64,000 nt of DNA, from the NCBI GenBank assembly GCA_965222115.1, contig CBDCTJ010000007.1, forward strand, positions 2,976,001 through 3,040,000, written 5' to 3'. Below are positions 30,402-40,296 of this stretch, piece by piece. Position 1 is the stretch's first letter. Every line of letters starts with the position of its first letter. Source of the stretch: Planctomycetota bacterium. GTDB taxonomy: Bacteria > Planctomycetota > PLA2 > JAEUHO01. The translations under genes were made by a program, and so were the position numbers. The notes under the pieces are model-generated. The model saw only the letters and a program-made list of their open reading frames with translations. It did not search any database and had not been told where the DNA came from.

Positions 30402-31700
30402 CTAGAAGCTGCCCTCAACCTGGATCACGGGGGCAAAGATGAACAACCAGCGCGAGTCCCCATCGTCGGCGGGGTTCTCGCGACCGACGTCGGTGTCCAT
30501 GGCATGGACGTTGACACCGGCGCGGAGGCGCCAGTTCTCGGAGAAATTGTAGCCAATGCCCAACTCGCCATAGATGCCGAAGCCACTGTCGTCGTTGATG
30601 TAATCCTCAGTCCAGAAATACTCCGGTCCAAGACCCGCCCAGTAGAAGAAGTTGGTGTTCCCCAACGAGTTCTGCCATGTGGCTTTTACGCCGAGGTGAT
30701 AGAAGTCACCGCCGTCACGACCAATGGTCCCATTCGGATTGAGGCGATCGAAGCGTCCGCTGTTGGTTCGGAAAAACCCGTCCACGCCCCAGCAGGAGCA
30801 GCAGAGGTTTCGTCCGACATCCAACCCCCAGTAGCCGCAGTCGTCGGCAGCATCGTCGCCGCTAAATAGTGCCGCGCCGAAGACACCGCGAACGTGCCAC
30901 TGGGTTTGATTGTTCTCGCAGGGAAGTCCTGGGCCACAAAGGTCTAGGTTCCAGTCCGGGCCGCAGGTCCTGCAGACATCGCGCGTCTTACATGCGACGC
31001 TGGGTTCGGGCTGAGGCGCAGCCTGGACTTCGGTTCGAGTGGCGACGGGCTGTGTGACAACAGGTTGAATAGCGACCGGCTGAGGTGCGACATAGGTGTG
31101 TGTCACAGCCGGGGCGCATGGCGTCGATACGGCCACGGCACCTCCACACGGATCCGCGCAGGGCCCGGTCATGGCGATAACCGGTTCCCCACTTGGGGCG
31201 GCGTATGAGATGCCCGGCACGCTCGCGTCAACGTAGGGCGCGGTGGACGCGGATCCCACGCCAGTATAGCCGCCGCTCGCCGTGGCACCCTCCGTGTGGG
31301 TTCCAGCCGCGTACGAACCGGTAGACACACCTTCGCTCCCATACAAAGGTGTTCCGTTGCTCACCGCGCCTGATGGGGTCGTGACGCCCCCAGAGGCCAA
31401 CCCAGGAGGGGAGGCCAACCCAGGAGGCGTTGCCGTGCTCAGATAGTCTGACGCCGATGCTACGGCCCCTTCAGTTGCGTTTGCCGGAGCCGCAGGGCTA
31501 ACTGGGGATGCGGCGCCGGCCGTGGATGAGTAGTAGCCCGAGTCGGTGGCCGGAATGCTGCCGTCGATAGTGTCGTCGGAATCACTTCCGAAGATACCGC
31601 CACTAGACGGCATGGCGGGTGATACGGCACAGCTAGCCATTGAAACGGCGATCACGGCGCAAAAAACTGCCCATCCACTGAACTTTGATTGCAAGGACAT
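30402..31700 (-). CDS. Putative outer-membrane beta-barrel protein with lipoprotein signal and long S/A/G/P- and Cys-rich linker
   Basis: Lipobox MASC; low-complexity linker with a PPGLAS duplication (31393-31427); C-terminal amphipathic strands ending in F. Start at ATG 31700 behind GGAGG. Confidence 0.72.
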   Translation of the reverse strand: MSLQSKFSGWAVFCAVIAVSMASCAVSPAMPSSGGIFGSDSDDTIDGSIPATDSGYYSSTAGAASPVSPAAPANATEGAVASASDYLSTATPPGLASPPGLASGGVTTPSGAVSNGTPLYGSEGVSTGSYAAGTHTEGATASGGYTGVGSASTAPYVDASVPGISYAAPSGEPVIAMTGPCADPCGGAVAVSTPCAPAVTHTYVAPQPVAIQPVVTQPVATRTEVQAAPQPEPSVACKTRDVCRTCGPDWNLDLCGPGLPCENNQTQWHVRGVFGAALFSGDDAADDCGYWGLDVGRNLCCSCWGVDGFFRTNSGRFDRLNPNGTIGRDGGDFYHLGVKATWQNSLGNTNFFYWAGLGPEYFWTEDYINDDSGFGIYGELGIGYNFSENWRLRAGVNVHAMDTDVGRENPADDGDSRWLFIFAPVIQVEGSF

Positions 31701-31991
31701 ACTGGCTCCTCCCAAGTAAGACGACAAATCGTCGCCTCCTTAAGGCACGGCTTCCAAGACGTGCTACCTAGTTGACAGGCCGTGCCGAATGCGACTCGTG
31801 CCGTCCATGACGGCAGACTACTAACTGACTCGCCTCCCTCAAAGATCGGCAATTCGATTTGGTGAAATAAAGGTCATATCGCGAGCCTAAGTGGGCATTC
31901 TGCGGTCACCGGCTTGTCAGCGGCTGGAGCGGCCTCTTTGCGATGTGGGGACCGAGGAACTCCCTATCCACGTTTAGACGTAAGAAGGGGA

Positions 31992-32076
31992 TGGTGGCTG
32001 GGGACGGATTCGAACCGCCGAAGGCTAAGCCAGCAGATTTACAGTCTGCCCTCGTTGACCACTTGAGTACCCAGCC
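31992..32076 (-). tRNA. tRNA-Tyr(GTA)
   Basis: GGCTGGGTACTCAAGTGG...GCAGA-CTGTAAA-TCTGC, long variable arm, GGTTCGAATCC...ACCA. Confidence 0.97.
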
Positions 32077-32234
32077 GGGTGGAGTCGTGCCCAGAGCCAT
32101 CCTGCTTCTGGGCCGGGAAGCGTAGCCGAGGGATCACACGCGATCGCCAGTTTTTTTGGGCGGTCTGCTCCGCATTTTGGTGAGACGTGGGGAGACGGTG
32201 GTCTCGATATCGATCGCTAGCGCTGCGCGAGCAG

Positions 32235-33173
32235 CTACTTGCCCTTGGCCTCTTTCGCGGGTGCGGCCACGGCACGGATCGACTGAATGGTCACCTGTTC
32301 CACGGGGCGCGACCCGGCGGCGACCTTGACCTTGCCGATTTTGTCCACAATGTCCATGCCTTTGACCACGCGACCGAACACGGTGTGCTTGCCAGCCAAG
32401 TGAGGCGTATCGACCAGATTGATAAAGAACTGACTGCCGTTGGTATTCGGTCCTGCGTTGGCGCAAGCAATCACGCCGCGCGTGGGCTGAGACGACTTGA
32501 GCTTCGAGTTGTACTTGTATCCAAGGGCCTGAAAGAATGCCTTGAGCGACATCTTGTTTAGCCGCTCCATCATCTTGGTGTTGAGTTCTTGTTGGCGCGC
32601 CTTGATTGCCTCGGTGTCGTTGGGGGCGATGCCCTCGTCCTTCAGCAACTGGGGCTGCACCACACCGCGAACGACTTGCATCAAGCTTCGTTGGTCGCTT
32701 GCGATTCGCGGATGCGGCTTTCCATTCGAGAACGCCATGAGTTTGTCGAGCCCCAAAGAATCGGGGTTGATTTCGTCTTCGTAGGGCTTACCGATGCCAC
32801 CCCCGCCGTCGCCACGCTGGCAACCGCCTTGAATCATGAATCCCTTGATGACTCGATGAAAGATCAGGCCGTCGTAAAAGGGGCGCTTCACCATCTTCTT
32901 GGTTTTGTGATCTTCAAACTCAAGCGTGCCTTCGGCCAGACCTAAGAACGTGGAGACGGTCTTGGGCGCTTGGTCGCGAAACAACTCCACGATGATGGTT
33001 CCGTGGTTGGTCTTGATCGCTGCGTGGGGACGATCCCCCCCCGTAGCCGCGGCACCCTTCTCGGCCTTGGCGTCGCCCGTTTTGGTTGGCGCACCGTCTT
33101 CGGCACAGGCAATGGGCAGGCACGCAGCCAATGCGAAGGATGCGACGAGACAAATTGAAGAAAATCGGGACAT
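32235..33173 (-). CDS. Cyclophilin-type peptidyl-prolyl isomerase, exported, with helical insertion
   Basis: APKTV, FYDGLIFHRVIKGFMIQGG, NAGPNTNGSQFFI, KHTVFGRV. Confidence 0.93.
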   Translation of the reverse strand: MSRFSSICLVASFALAACLPIACAEDGAPTKTGDAKAEKGAAATGGDRPHAAIKTNHGTIIVELFRDQAPKTVSTFLGLAEGTLEFEDHKTKKMVKRPFYDGLIFHRVIKGFMIQGGCQRGDGGGGIGKPYEDEINPDSLGLDKLMAFSNGKPHPRIASDQRSLMQVVRGVVQPQLLKDEGIAPNDTEAIKARQQELNTKMMERLNKMSLKAFFQALGYKYNSKLKSSQPTRGVIACANAGPNTNGSQFFINLVDTPHLAGKHTVFGRVVKGMDIVDKIGKVKVAAGSRPVEQVTIQSIRAVAAPAKEAKGK

Positions 33174-33303
33174 AGGTGGGGTCCTCTTGACGGTTCAGAT
33201 GTCGCTCATGGGAAAGCGCTCCGAAGGGTAACGCGACGTGTGGGCCGTAGAAGAAATCCGAAGCGCCCGGGCCCCTAATTGGCCCATCGGGCAGATTTTT
33301 CGA

Positions 33304-34107
33304 CTATCCGGACGTGCCAAGGGTCGGCTTCTTGGTTCCGTACCACGCGTAGAGGGCATCGCCCGGACACTCGGTAGCCTTCAAGTCGCGGTGCGCCAGC
33401 AGACCTTCGACCTTGAGCGCGTGGACCCCAACTTGGTGAGCGAGAAACGCTTGAAGGGTCGCGAGTTGTGCCTTGCCCGGCAGCGCCTCCTCAAAGTTGC
33501 CAATCACGCTAATGCCAAGATTGCCACCATTGTTGCCCGCGCCGGCATGCGCCCCCTGCACGTCAATTCGCCGCCCCTCATACACCTTCCCGTCGCGACC
33601 AATCAAGTAGTGATAGCCAATGTCGGCCCAGCCGCGCTTGTCCTGATGAAGTTCTTGAACCGCTTTCACGAACTCCGCATCGGATTTGTCCTTCACCACA
33701 TCCAACGTGTCGGTGTGGTGCAGTGTGAGCCGCTCGATGGGCGTCATGGGATCGTGATTATCGCGCAAATCACTCGCGCCCCACTCTGCGCGCGTCACAA
33801 ACTCCCACGGCTCCCTCTTCGCGGCGTCCGGCGCGGACTCAACGATGGGTGACGTAACGTCGGGATAGGAAACAACCACCGGTGGTGTCGCGTGACCGTC
33901 ATCGTAGCCGGCGCTTGGATAAACAGTCTTCGGGTAGATAGTGTCTGGCACATACGGCGAAATCGGAGCCTCACGTCTCGGCACACACGACACACGACGA
34001 GTCCTTCGGACCGCGCAACCAAACAGGCCCAACCCCGCTAACGCCGCCAAAATCGAGCGACGAGTTCGATCCGGTGCATGCGGTCCCTCACCCAATCGCT
34101 CGCACAT
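33304..34107 (-). CDS. N-acetylmuramoyl-L-alanine amidase (Amidase_2/PGRP-like), probable Tat lipoprotein
   Basis: TRAEWGA, TLHHT, WADIGYHYLIG, GAHA, HRD..TECPG. Start reset to ATG 34107 (AAGGAG RBS; TRRSIL...LFGC signal). Confidence 0.9.
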   Translation of the reverse strand: MCERLGEGPHAPDRTRRSILAALAGLGLFGCAVRRTRRVSCVPRREAPISPYVPDTIYPKTVYPSAGYDDGHATPPVVVSYPDVTSPIVESAPDAAKREPWEFVTRAEWGASDLRDNHDPMTPIERLTLHHTDTLDVVKDKSDAEFVKAVQELHQDKRGWADIGYHYLIGRDGKVYEGRRIDVQGAHAGAGNNGGNLGISVIGNFEEALPGKAQLATLQAFLAHQVGVHALKVEGLLAHRDLKATECPGDALYAWYGTKKPTLGTSG

Positions 34108-34119
34108 CGCTAGCTCCTT

Positions 34120-34150
34120 TGCGCCAAAAATACCTGGTTTCTGTGGCGCA
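34120..34150. repeat. 31-bp palindromic site, copy 1
   Basis: TGCGCCA-AAAAT-ACCTGGT-TTCTG-TGGCGCA. Confidence 0.85.
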
Positions 34151-34215
34151 TCCGCAGCGTACGACGTCGTCCCCCCTCCCCCGATAGGTCTAGTAATTGG
34201 CCCACCCGCAACCAA

Positions 34216-34246
34216 TGCGCCAGAAATACCTGGCATTTGTGGCGCA
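34216..34246. repeat. 31-bp palindromic site, copy 2
   Basis: TGCGCCA-GAAAT-ACCTGGC-ATTTG-TGGCGCA. Confidence 0.85.
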
Positions 34247-34298
34247 CAACCAACTCAAAATCGGACTGACGCAGATGTGACGCTTACTCATACGGGTC

Positions 34299-34670
34299 TT
34301 AAGCGGGTTCCGCGCGAATCGCATGGGCTTGAAGGTCGGCGAGATCCACGAATTCAAGCGTGGACATATGCGTGGCTTCGAGATCAACGCGAGGCGCCGC
34401 GCCGGCCTCCAGGGCTTCTTTCCAACGCAAGACACACAGGCACCAGTGGTCGCCGGCATGGAGACCCGGAAACGCGAACATGGGCATGGGCGTGCTCAAG
34501 TCGTTGCCTCGTGCCTTGCTGAAAGCTAGAAACTCCTCAGTGGCCTCAATGCACACGCAGTGCAGGCCGGTGTCGCCGTGGCCGGTGTCACACTTCCCGT
34601 TTCGATACCAACCGGTCATGGGATCGATTGAACACGTCTTTAGTTCGGTGCCGAGTACGTTCTTCGCCAC
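34299..34670 (-). CDS. DUF2237 family protein
   Basis: KNVLGTELKTCSIDPMTGWYRNGKC, GNDLSTP, GDHWCLCVLRW; GTG start behind GAGGAG. Confidence 0.9.
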   Translation of the reverse strand: MAKNVLGTELKTCSIDPMTGWYRNGKCDTGHGDTGLHCVCIEATEEFLAFSKARGNDLSTPMPMFAFPGLHAGDHWCLCVLRWKEALEAGAAPRVDLEATHMSTLEFVDLADLQAHAIRAEPA

Positions 34671-34720
34671 GTTCAACTCCTCTGCAATAACGTCAGGGGC
34701 CGGCAAAACCGGGCTACGAA

Positions 34721-37700
34721 TTATCGTTTGCGCCGTGGTAAACGAGGTGCGCGCATGCTGGGCACTTTGCTCAAATCGGGCGGCTTTGGATTGACCTTCT
34801 TGACGAGTGCTAATGCTTCCTTTACGGCGACCTCGAGCTGTGTATCACGACCCTTCTTGGCATCAGCGGGCGTGATGTCAACCGGAATATCGGGGTCGGT
34901 GCCATAGTTTTCAACGGCATACCCCACATCGACAAACCAGTTGGCAAACTCCGGTTGCGTCGTGATCGCACCATCTACAAGCGCGTGACGCGGCCAAATA
35001 CCAACTACGCCGCCCCATGTGCGCCGACCGATCAATGGCCCCAGTCCATAGAGCTTGAAGCAGTGACTGAAGATATCGCCATCTGAACCCGCGCACTCGT
35101 TGGTGATTGCCACCATGCAACCCTGGTTGGGCGCCGAGTCGGGGTAAACGAAGGTACCCATCCACCGAGAGCGGTCATAGCCCACGCGCCGCCGTAACAA
35201 CTTTTCCAACAGGAGCTGCGACACGTGCCCGCCCCCGTTGTAGCGCACGTCGACAACCAACCCATCACGTTGGGATTCGTGTTTGAAATAGCGATGAAAC
35301 TCGCTAAACCCACGCGCACCCATATCGGGCACGTGCACGTAGCCGAGCTTCCCTCCACTCTTCTTGTGCACCCACGCGCGATTGGACTCTACCCAGTTGC
35401 GATAACGCAAACCGTACTCCGAGCCCAATGTGGTGACGACAACGTTCCGCGGTTTCGTCGATCCTCGCTGCACGGTTAGCGACACAGCCTGGCGCGCCCG
35501 GTTGACGAGCAATGACTGGGGCGTGGTTCGTGCATCTACAGATCGACCACCCACGGCGAGTAGTTTGTCACCGTCCTTGAGCCCAAGACCCGGTGCCGCT
35601 AACGGCGATGCACTCTTGGTCCAACTATCACCCTTAACGATATTCGCGATCACCCAAGCACGCTTGCGCGCGTCCCAAGTGAGGTCGGCGCCCAAAAAGC
35701 CCTGGTAATAGCCACGAGAGGGATCGTAGTCGCCGCCGAACTCATAGCTGTGCGACGTCCCAAGTTCACCCTGCATTTCCCACATGACGTCGGAGAGTTC
35801 ATTGCGCGTAGCAACGCGGTCCACAAGCGGCAGATACCGATCATATACGGCATTCCAATCCACGCCTGCCATCGATTCGGTCCAGAAGAAGTCGCGCTGC
35901 AATCGCCACGCCTCGCGGTACATCTGACGCCACTCGGCACCCGGATCGACTTCGACACGAACACGTGACAAGGCGATCCAACCCGACTTGGGACTCGCGC
36001 CTTCCTTGCGCGTCCCGTCGGAGGCATCGAAGCCGGCATCGACAACACGCAGACGACTGCCGACCATCATCATGAGATGCTTACCGCTTGCCGTTCCAGC
36101 AATGGACGTCACTCGACCTGGGAAGGTGTGCAGCGTATGGTCATTTAAACCCCATGCCTGCAGCACACCCGTCGCAGGAGGTGGCCCGCCACTGGACCAA
36201 TCCGGTGCATGCAGTGCGCCTTGAATCGGTGCCGACACAAAGAACACGCGATCGGCGCCCGCGGCCAAATCATAGTAACGCGCTTCCGGTGCTGGAATGG
36301 CCACCACGCGATCCTCGATGCCGTTGAAGTCGATCTCGACAATGAGTTCGTCCTTCTTTTTGGCCTTGCCCTTCCCTTTTGTGGGTTTGCTTGCCGCTGG
36401 CTCTTCCGAAGAGGCGCCTCCTGGCAGTCTGGGTGTGCGCGTAGCAGCGGGAAATGGCGAGGGCGCATCGCCTCGTAGCGTCACCAAAAACGGGCGCACA
36501 CCGCGTGGGAACCCAAGATCAAAGTACTGCGCGTCGTACACGGGGTTGTACACGCGGGCACTGAGGAAATAGAGATAACGACCCTTGGGATCAAACGTAG
36601 GCAAGGAGTCGGCAAAGTCCGGTCGGGTAATCGTGTGTGTCTTTTTTGACTTCATGTCGTAGATGCACACTGTGGAAGCGTTGCGCGATGCGGGCATGGC
36701 AAACGCAAGCCAGCGGCCATCGGGCGACCAAGACACATGGCGAATCGCCTCAAACTTACTTGTTGCGATTTTCTTGGCCGTCGAAGCCTTCACGTCAACC
36801 AGCCACACTTCTTGACGATGGTTGGTAAGCGCCACCACATCACCGCCCTTGGGAGCCGGTTCCAACGCAAGCGTGAGTCCCAGATTCTTGGCGATCACCT
36901 TGGGACGACCGGAGCCATCGACGTTACGAACTTCGATGGCCTCTTCGCCCTGTCCATCGTGAACACCCACCACGCGCTTACCGTCGGACAACCAGCGCGT
37001 GAGTCGATAGCGCGTAGACGACACCTCGCCGTGACGCTCAACGACGCCATCCCAGAGCGGCATCGTGTAAAGCCCGCCGCGCACGTTGAGTGCAAGCGAA
37101 TGTCCCTTGGGATGCAGTGCCGCGTCATCCACGTAGTCGCTGGAATCTACGAACTTTCGGGTGCGTGAACTTCGGCTTGACTGCAACCGTATAGCGAGTC
37201 GTTTCGAAGTTCCCGACTTCACATGGAAGAGATAGATGTCGGCGCCCGCGGTGTATACAATGTGTTTGCCGTCGGTGTCGGGCGTGCGCGCGAAGTAGTT
37301 CTCATGATCGGTGTGCCGCGTCATGCCCTTGCCCGAAGGCGTTGCGGAATAGAGGTTGGCGTGTCCCTCTTCATCGGAAAGGAAATAAATACGATTTCCG
37401 ATCCACATGGGGCCGGCAAGATTGCCCGCGAGTTCGTCACCGTTCTTTGTCAGCCACGGCTTGAACGCACCGGTTCCCCTTCGATCGATCCACAGTCGTC
37501 CACGCGTACCCCCGCGGTACCGCTTCCAGCGCGCGGGGTCGCCCGTGTTGATGCCAATCACAACACCCTTGCCGCCCGGTTCTTCTGTCAAATCATTGGC
37601 GTGGCCCCATCCGAAGCTACGAATATCACCGCCCCCGACCGGAACTTCGTGGAGACCCACATCGCCCATGAAAGGCCTGCGGGAAGACGAAGCGAATCGA

Positions 37701-38155
37701 ATCCACTTCCCGTCCTTGCTCCACCCCACCACGCCTGTCCGCCACGCCTCATGCGTGAGGCGGCGCACCATGCCCCCGTCCGCATCCATTACGTAGACAT
37801 CAGCGGGCCCGTCCATTGTGGCGGTAAACGCGAGCTTGGAACCATCGGGGGAAAAGTGTGGGCTACCTACAACGCTGCCACCGGATGTTATGCGACGTGC
37901 AATGCCGCCTGCAATGGCCACGGACCACAAGTCGCCTTCGCTCAAAAATACGATGCGATCCCCATGGACGGTGGGATGGCGGTAGTAGCCAAATGGGCTA
38001 GGTGGTGGGGCACCGCGCGCCACGCCCCGTGCACGACTCGAGCGCCTCTTTTTCTTGCGGCGCGCCTTCTTCTTACGCGCGGCGGCCTTCTTCTTGCGGC
38101 GTGCCTTCTTGGTTGACTTCGATGCCTTCTTCTTGCGCCCGCGCTTTGCCGCCAT
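34721..38155 (-). CDS. Tricorn protease homolog (S41) with a highly basic N-terminal tail
   Basis: Beta-propellers, WKRYRGG, GELGTSHSY, PDZ, GYVHVPDM, DVRYNGGG, catalytic GSDGD, GRRTWGG. Confidence 0.95.
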   Translation of the reverse strand: MAAKRGRKKKASKSTKKARRKKKAAARKKKARRKKKRRSSRARGVARGAPPPSPFGYYRHPTVHGDRIVFLSEGDLWSVAIAGGIARRITSGGSVVGSPHFSPDGSKLAFTATMDGPADVYVMDADGGMVRRLTHEAWRTGVVGWSKDGKWIRFASSSRRPFMGDVGLHEVPVGGGDIRSFGWGHANDLTEEPGGKGVVIGINTGDPARWKRYRGGTRGRLWIDRRGTGAFKPWLTKNGDELAGNLAGPMWIGNRIYFLSDEEGHANLYSATPSGKGMTRHTDHENYFARTPDTDGKHIVYTAGADIYLFHVKSGTSKRLAIRLQSSRSSRTRKFVDSSDYVDDAALHPKGHSLALNVRGGLYTMPLWDGVVERHGEVSSTRYRLTRWLSDGKRVVGVHDGQGEEAIEVRNVDGSGRPKVIAKNLGLTLALEPAPKGGDVVALTNHRQEVWLVDVKASTAKKIATSKFEAIRHVSWSPDGRWLAFAMPASRNASTVCIYDMKSKKTHTITRPDFADSLPTFDPKGRYLYFLSARVYNPVYDAQYFDLGFPRGVRPFLVTLRGDAPSPFPAATRTPRLPGGASSEEPAASKPTKGKGKAKKKDELIVEIDFNGIEDRVVAIPAPEARYYDLAAGADRVFFVSAPIQGALHAPDWSSGGPPPATGVLQAWGLNDHTLHTFPGRVTSIAGTASGKHLMMMVGSRLRVVDAGFDASDGTRKEGASPKSGWIALSRVRVEVDPGAEWRQMYREAWRLQRDFFWTESMAGVDWNAVYDRYLPLVDRVATRNELSDVMWEMQGELGTSHSYEFGGDYDPSRGYYQGFLGADLTWDARKRAWVIANIVKGDSWTKSASPLAAPGLGLKDGDKLLAVGGRSVDARTTPQSLLVNRARQAVSLTVQRGSTKPRNVVVTTLGSEYGLRYRNWVESNRAWVHKKSGGKLGYVHVPDMGARGFSEFHRYFKHESQRDGLVVDVRYNGGGHVSQLLLEKLLRRRVGYDRSRWMGTFVYPDSAPNQGCMVAITNECAGSDGDIFSHCFKLYGLGPLIGRRTWGGVVGIWPRHALVDGAITTQPEFANWFVDVGYAVENYGTDPDIPVDITPADAKKGRDTQLEVAVKEALALVKKVNPKPPDLSKVPSMRAPRLPRRKR

Positions 38156-38227
38156 CGGTGCTCCTCGTCGCTGAGCATCGCGCGCAAACCGCACGGGATC
38201 TCAGGGGCCGAGCATCCTACGCGGACG

Positions 38228-38659
38228 TCAATCGCCGCAGAACGAATCCTCTTCCGGTTGGCGACGACTGATGTGCGAACACGAAAAACCGCAAAGAATC
38301 ACCAGCGAAAGGGCCAAGAAGCAACGTCCCCGAAGCGCGCGCCGGAGCAACAGTCCTTCGCCCGCCGCTCGATCGACAAACAACAACGGCGGCCCATCCG
38401 CCGATTTCGGAACGATCAGACGATCACGATTGAAGACGATGCATTCCACGGGTCCGAGCCCTTCCACAACGCCATAGCGCTCGGCCGATGGCATCGCGTC
38501 CTCGGGCATGGCCAGGAACACGTCGCGCGTGTCGTTGTCATGGAGTCGGGCAAGAACATGGACGGTTTCACTGCGAGCGTACTCCGCCCAGAGCGACAGG
38601 GCGGCGATGAGCAGCGCGCCCACGATGCACAGCCAGGCACACAATCTTGCCGTTGACAT
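38228..38659 (-). CDS. Hypothetical two-TM membrane protein
   Basis: Hydrophobic N- and C-terminal helices; co-oriented between the yceI-like and tricorn genes. Confidence 0.55.
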   Translation of the reverse strand: MSTARLCAWLCIVGALLIAALSLWAEYARSETVHVLARLHDNDTRDVFLAMPEDAMPSAERYGVVEGLGPVECIVFNRDRLIVPKSADGPPLLFVDRAAGEGLLLRRALRGRCFLALSLVILCGFSCSHISRRQPEEDSFCGD

Positions 38660-38695
38660 GATCGAACCGCCGTCGCCTCGACGGCAACGATCCGA

Positions 38696-39616
38696 CTACT
38701 TCTTCTCGGGCTCGCCCGCGGCGTCTTCCTTTTCTTTCTCTTCCTTCGGCTCCGCCACCTTGTCTTTGTTTGCCGGGTTCGCGGGCGGATTGCCTTCGGC
38801 CGTTGGCGCCTCGGTCTTTGCCGGCGCTTCCTTCTTCGCAACGGCCGGCATGATCTTGCCCAGAAGGACCACATCGACCAGCCACTTCTGCGCAACGGCC
38901 GGCGTGCCCACCGCGTCGTTCAGAATTTCGTGCTGTTTTAGATCGATAAAGAAGCTGCCTTTCACGCGGGCAAGATTCTTGCCCATGTGCTTCATCTCGG
39001 GGACGTGTTGCACATTGGCGAGAATACTCACCGGTTGCGTGACGCCGCGCATAGTCCACTCACCGTAGATGTCCCACACCGTGTTGCCAACCCGCTGCGC
39101 ACGAATCAATCGCAATTCCAAACTGGGATTGGATTCGGCGTCGAGCCACGCGCCGCCTTGCAGTTTCTCGTTGCGACTCTTATCACCGGTTCGCAACAAC
39201 ACCGCAGGTACGGTAAACGAACCCGTGGCACCGCCGCGGGCGTCCACATCTACGGTGCCGATGAGCCCGGAATCGGGAATGGCGTCGGCTTCGGCGCTGA
39301 AGTCCACGAACGCAATCTGGCGCTCAACTGAATCGCCCACACACATCACGCTCTGCTTGCCCATCCACGGAAACACAATGCGGCAGGCACCGGATGGAAT
39401 CGGGTTGCCCGCTTCAAGGGCGCGAATCACCGCGTTGTTGCCAATCACACCCCCAGGCGCCACACCGGGAGGACAGTCTTCGGCCTGGCTGGTTTGCGTT
39501 AGAGCGGGAACCGCAACAATCGCGAGGGCGCCCAAAGCAAGTACGCCGATGAGAGCACGCAAGGCAACGGCCCCCCGCGCGCTTGAGGTGGTTGTTGACC
39601 TGCAGGAATGTGACAT
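38696..39616 (-). CDS. YceI-like lipid/polyisoprenoid-binding exported protein
   Basis: Signal peptide; LRTGDKSRNEKL..WLDAESNP and GEWTMRGVTQPV are YceI-like. Confidence 0.8.
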   Translation of the reverse strand: MSHSCRSTTTSSARGAVALRALIGVLALGALAIVAVPALTQTSQAEDCPPGVAPGGVIGNNAVIRALEAGNPIPSGACRIVFPWMGKQSVMCVGDSVERQIAFVDFSAEADAIPDSGLIGTVDVDARGGATGSFTVPAVLLRTGDKSRNEKLQGGAWLDAESNPSLELRLIRAQRVGNTVWDIYGEWTMRGVTQPVSILANVQHVPEMKHMGKNLARVKGSFFIDLKQHEILNDAVGTPAVAQKWLVDVVLLGKIMPAVAKKEAPAKTEAPTAEGNPPANPANKDKVAEPKEEKEKEDAAGEPEKK

Positions 39617-39752
39617 GATCGAACTCCTCGAACTGGGGTGAGTCGGCCCTTCAAGACATCCGCCTAAGACAAACGGAGAGGGCGTACGCCAATTGTGCCG
39701 ATGTTCACGGGCTGGTCAATGCGGGTTCGGGTCATTGGCCCCACGAGATCGT

Positions 39753-40292
39753 TCACGTTTGCGACGTCGGCTGTACTTCGGTGTTCTGGCCATGACACTT
39801 CTCGATGGATGCGTGATCGTCAATCCATCGACCGATCGTGCTTCCAAGTGCGAGGTGGTGCGCGTAATGGAGGTGCAGGCACTTTACTGCATCCCAGTTT
39901 TCAATCCCGCCAATACCTCGTGACTGAAACTTCGTCCACCAAGGCTCCAGCCTGACACACGCAATATCGTCCGCGCGCAACGCTTGATGACGCCGGGCAA
40001 TATAGGCGCGATGGTCCTGGTGGACGCGGGAACGAAATGTTGCATCGGACTGGATGTGCTGTTGCAACCACTGAATCGCACCCCCGTGTTCCAGGCGTGA
40101 GATCTGTTGCACAACCGACGTGCAGGTAAGCCAGAACAGCGTTGGAAAGGGCTCCACGGTTTCGTTTCGCTCGCGTCCCTGGCTACGCTTTAGCGGGTAA
40201 CACTGTCGCACCAATTCGTGCCCCGCCGGGCAGTTCAAAATGACCTCGGAAGACACGCCGGCGTGAATCAGTCGTGGGCGCGGGGCGGTCAT
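39753..40292 (-). CDS. DUF501 family protein
   Basis: PFPTLFWLTC, ISRLE, GIGG, VKCLHLHYAHHL. Confidence 0.9.
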   Translation of the reverse strand: MTAPRPRLIHAGVSSEVILNCPAGHELVRQCYPLKRSQGRERNETVEPFPTLFWLTCTSVVQQISRLEHGGAIQWLQQHIQSDATFRSRVHQDHRAYIARRHQALRADDIACVRLEPWWTKFQSRGIGGIENWDAVKCLHLHYAHHLALGSTIGRWIDDHASIEKCHGQNTEVQPTSQT

Positions 40293-40296
40293 GGGG

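Noticed and set aside
31992-32076. tRNA-Tyr as the attachment site of an integrated element
   Set aside because: No integrase gene and no duplicated tRNA 3' end was found in the window.
34108-34236. N-terminal 43 codons of the 310-aa amidase ORF
   Set aside because: They run through the palindromic sites; the RBS and Tat/lipoprotein signal support ATG 34107.
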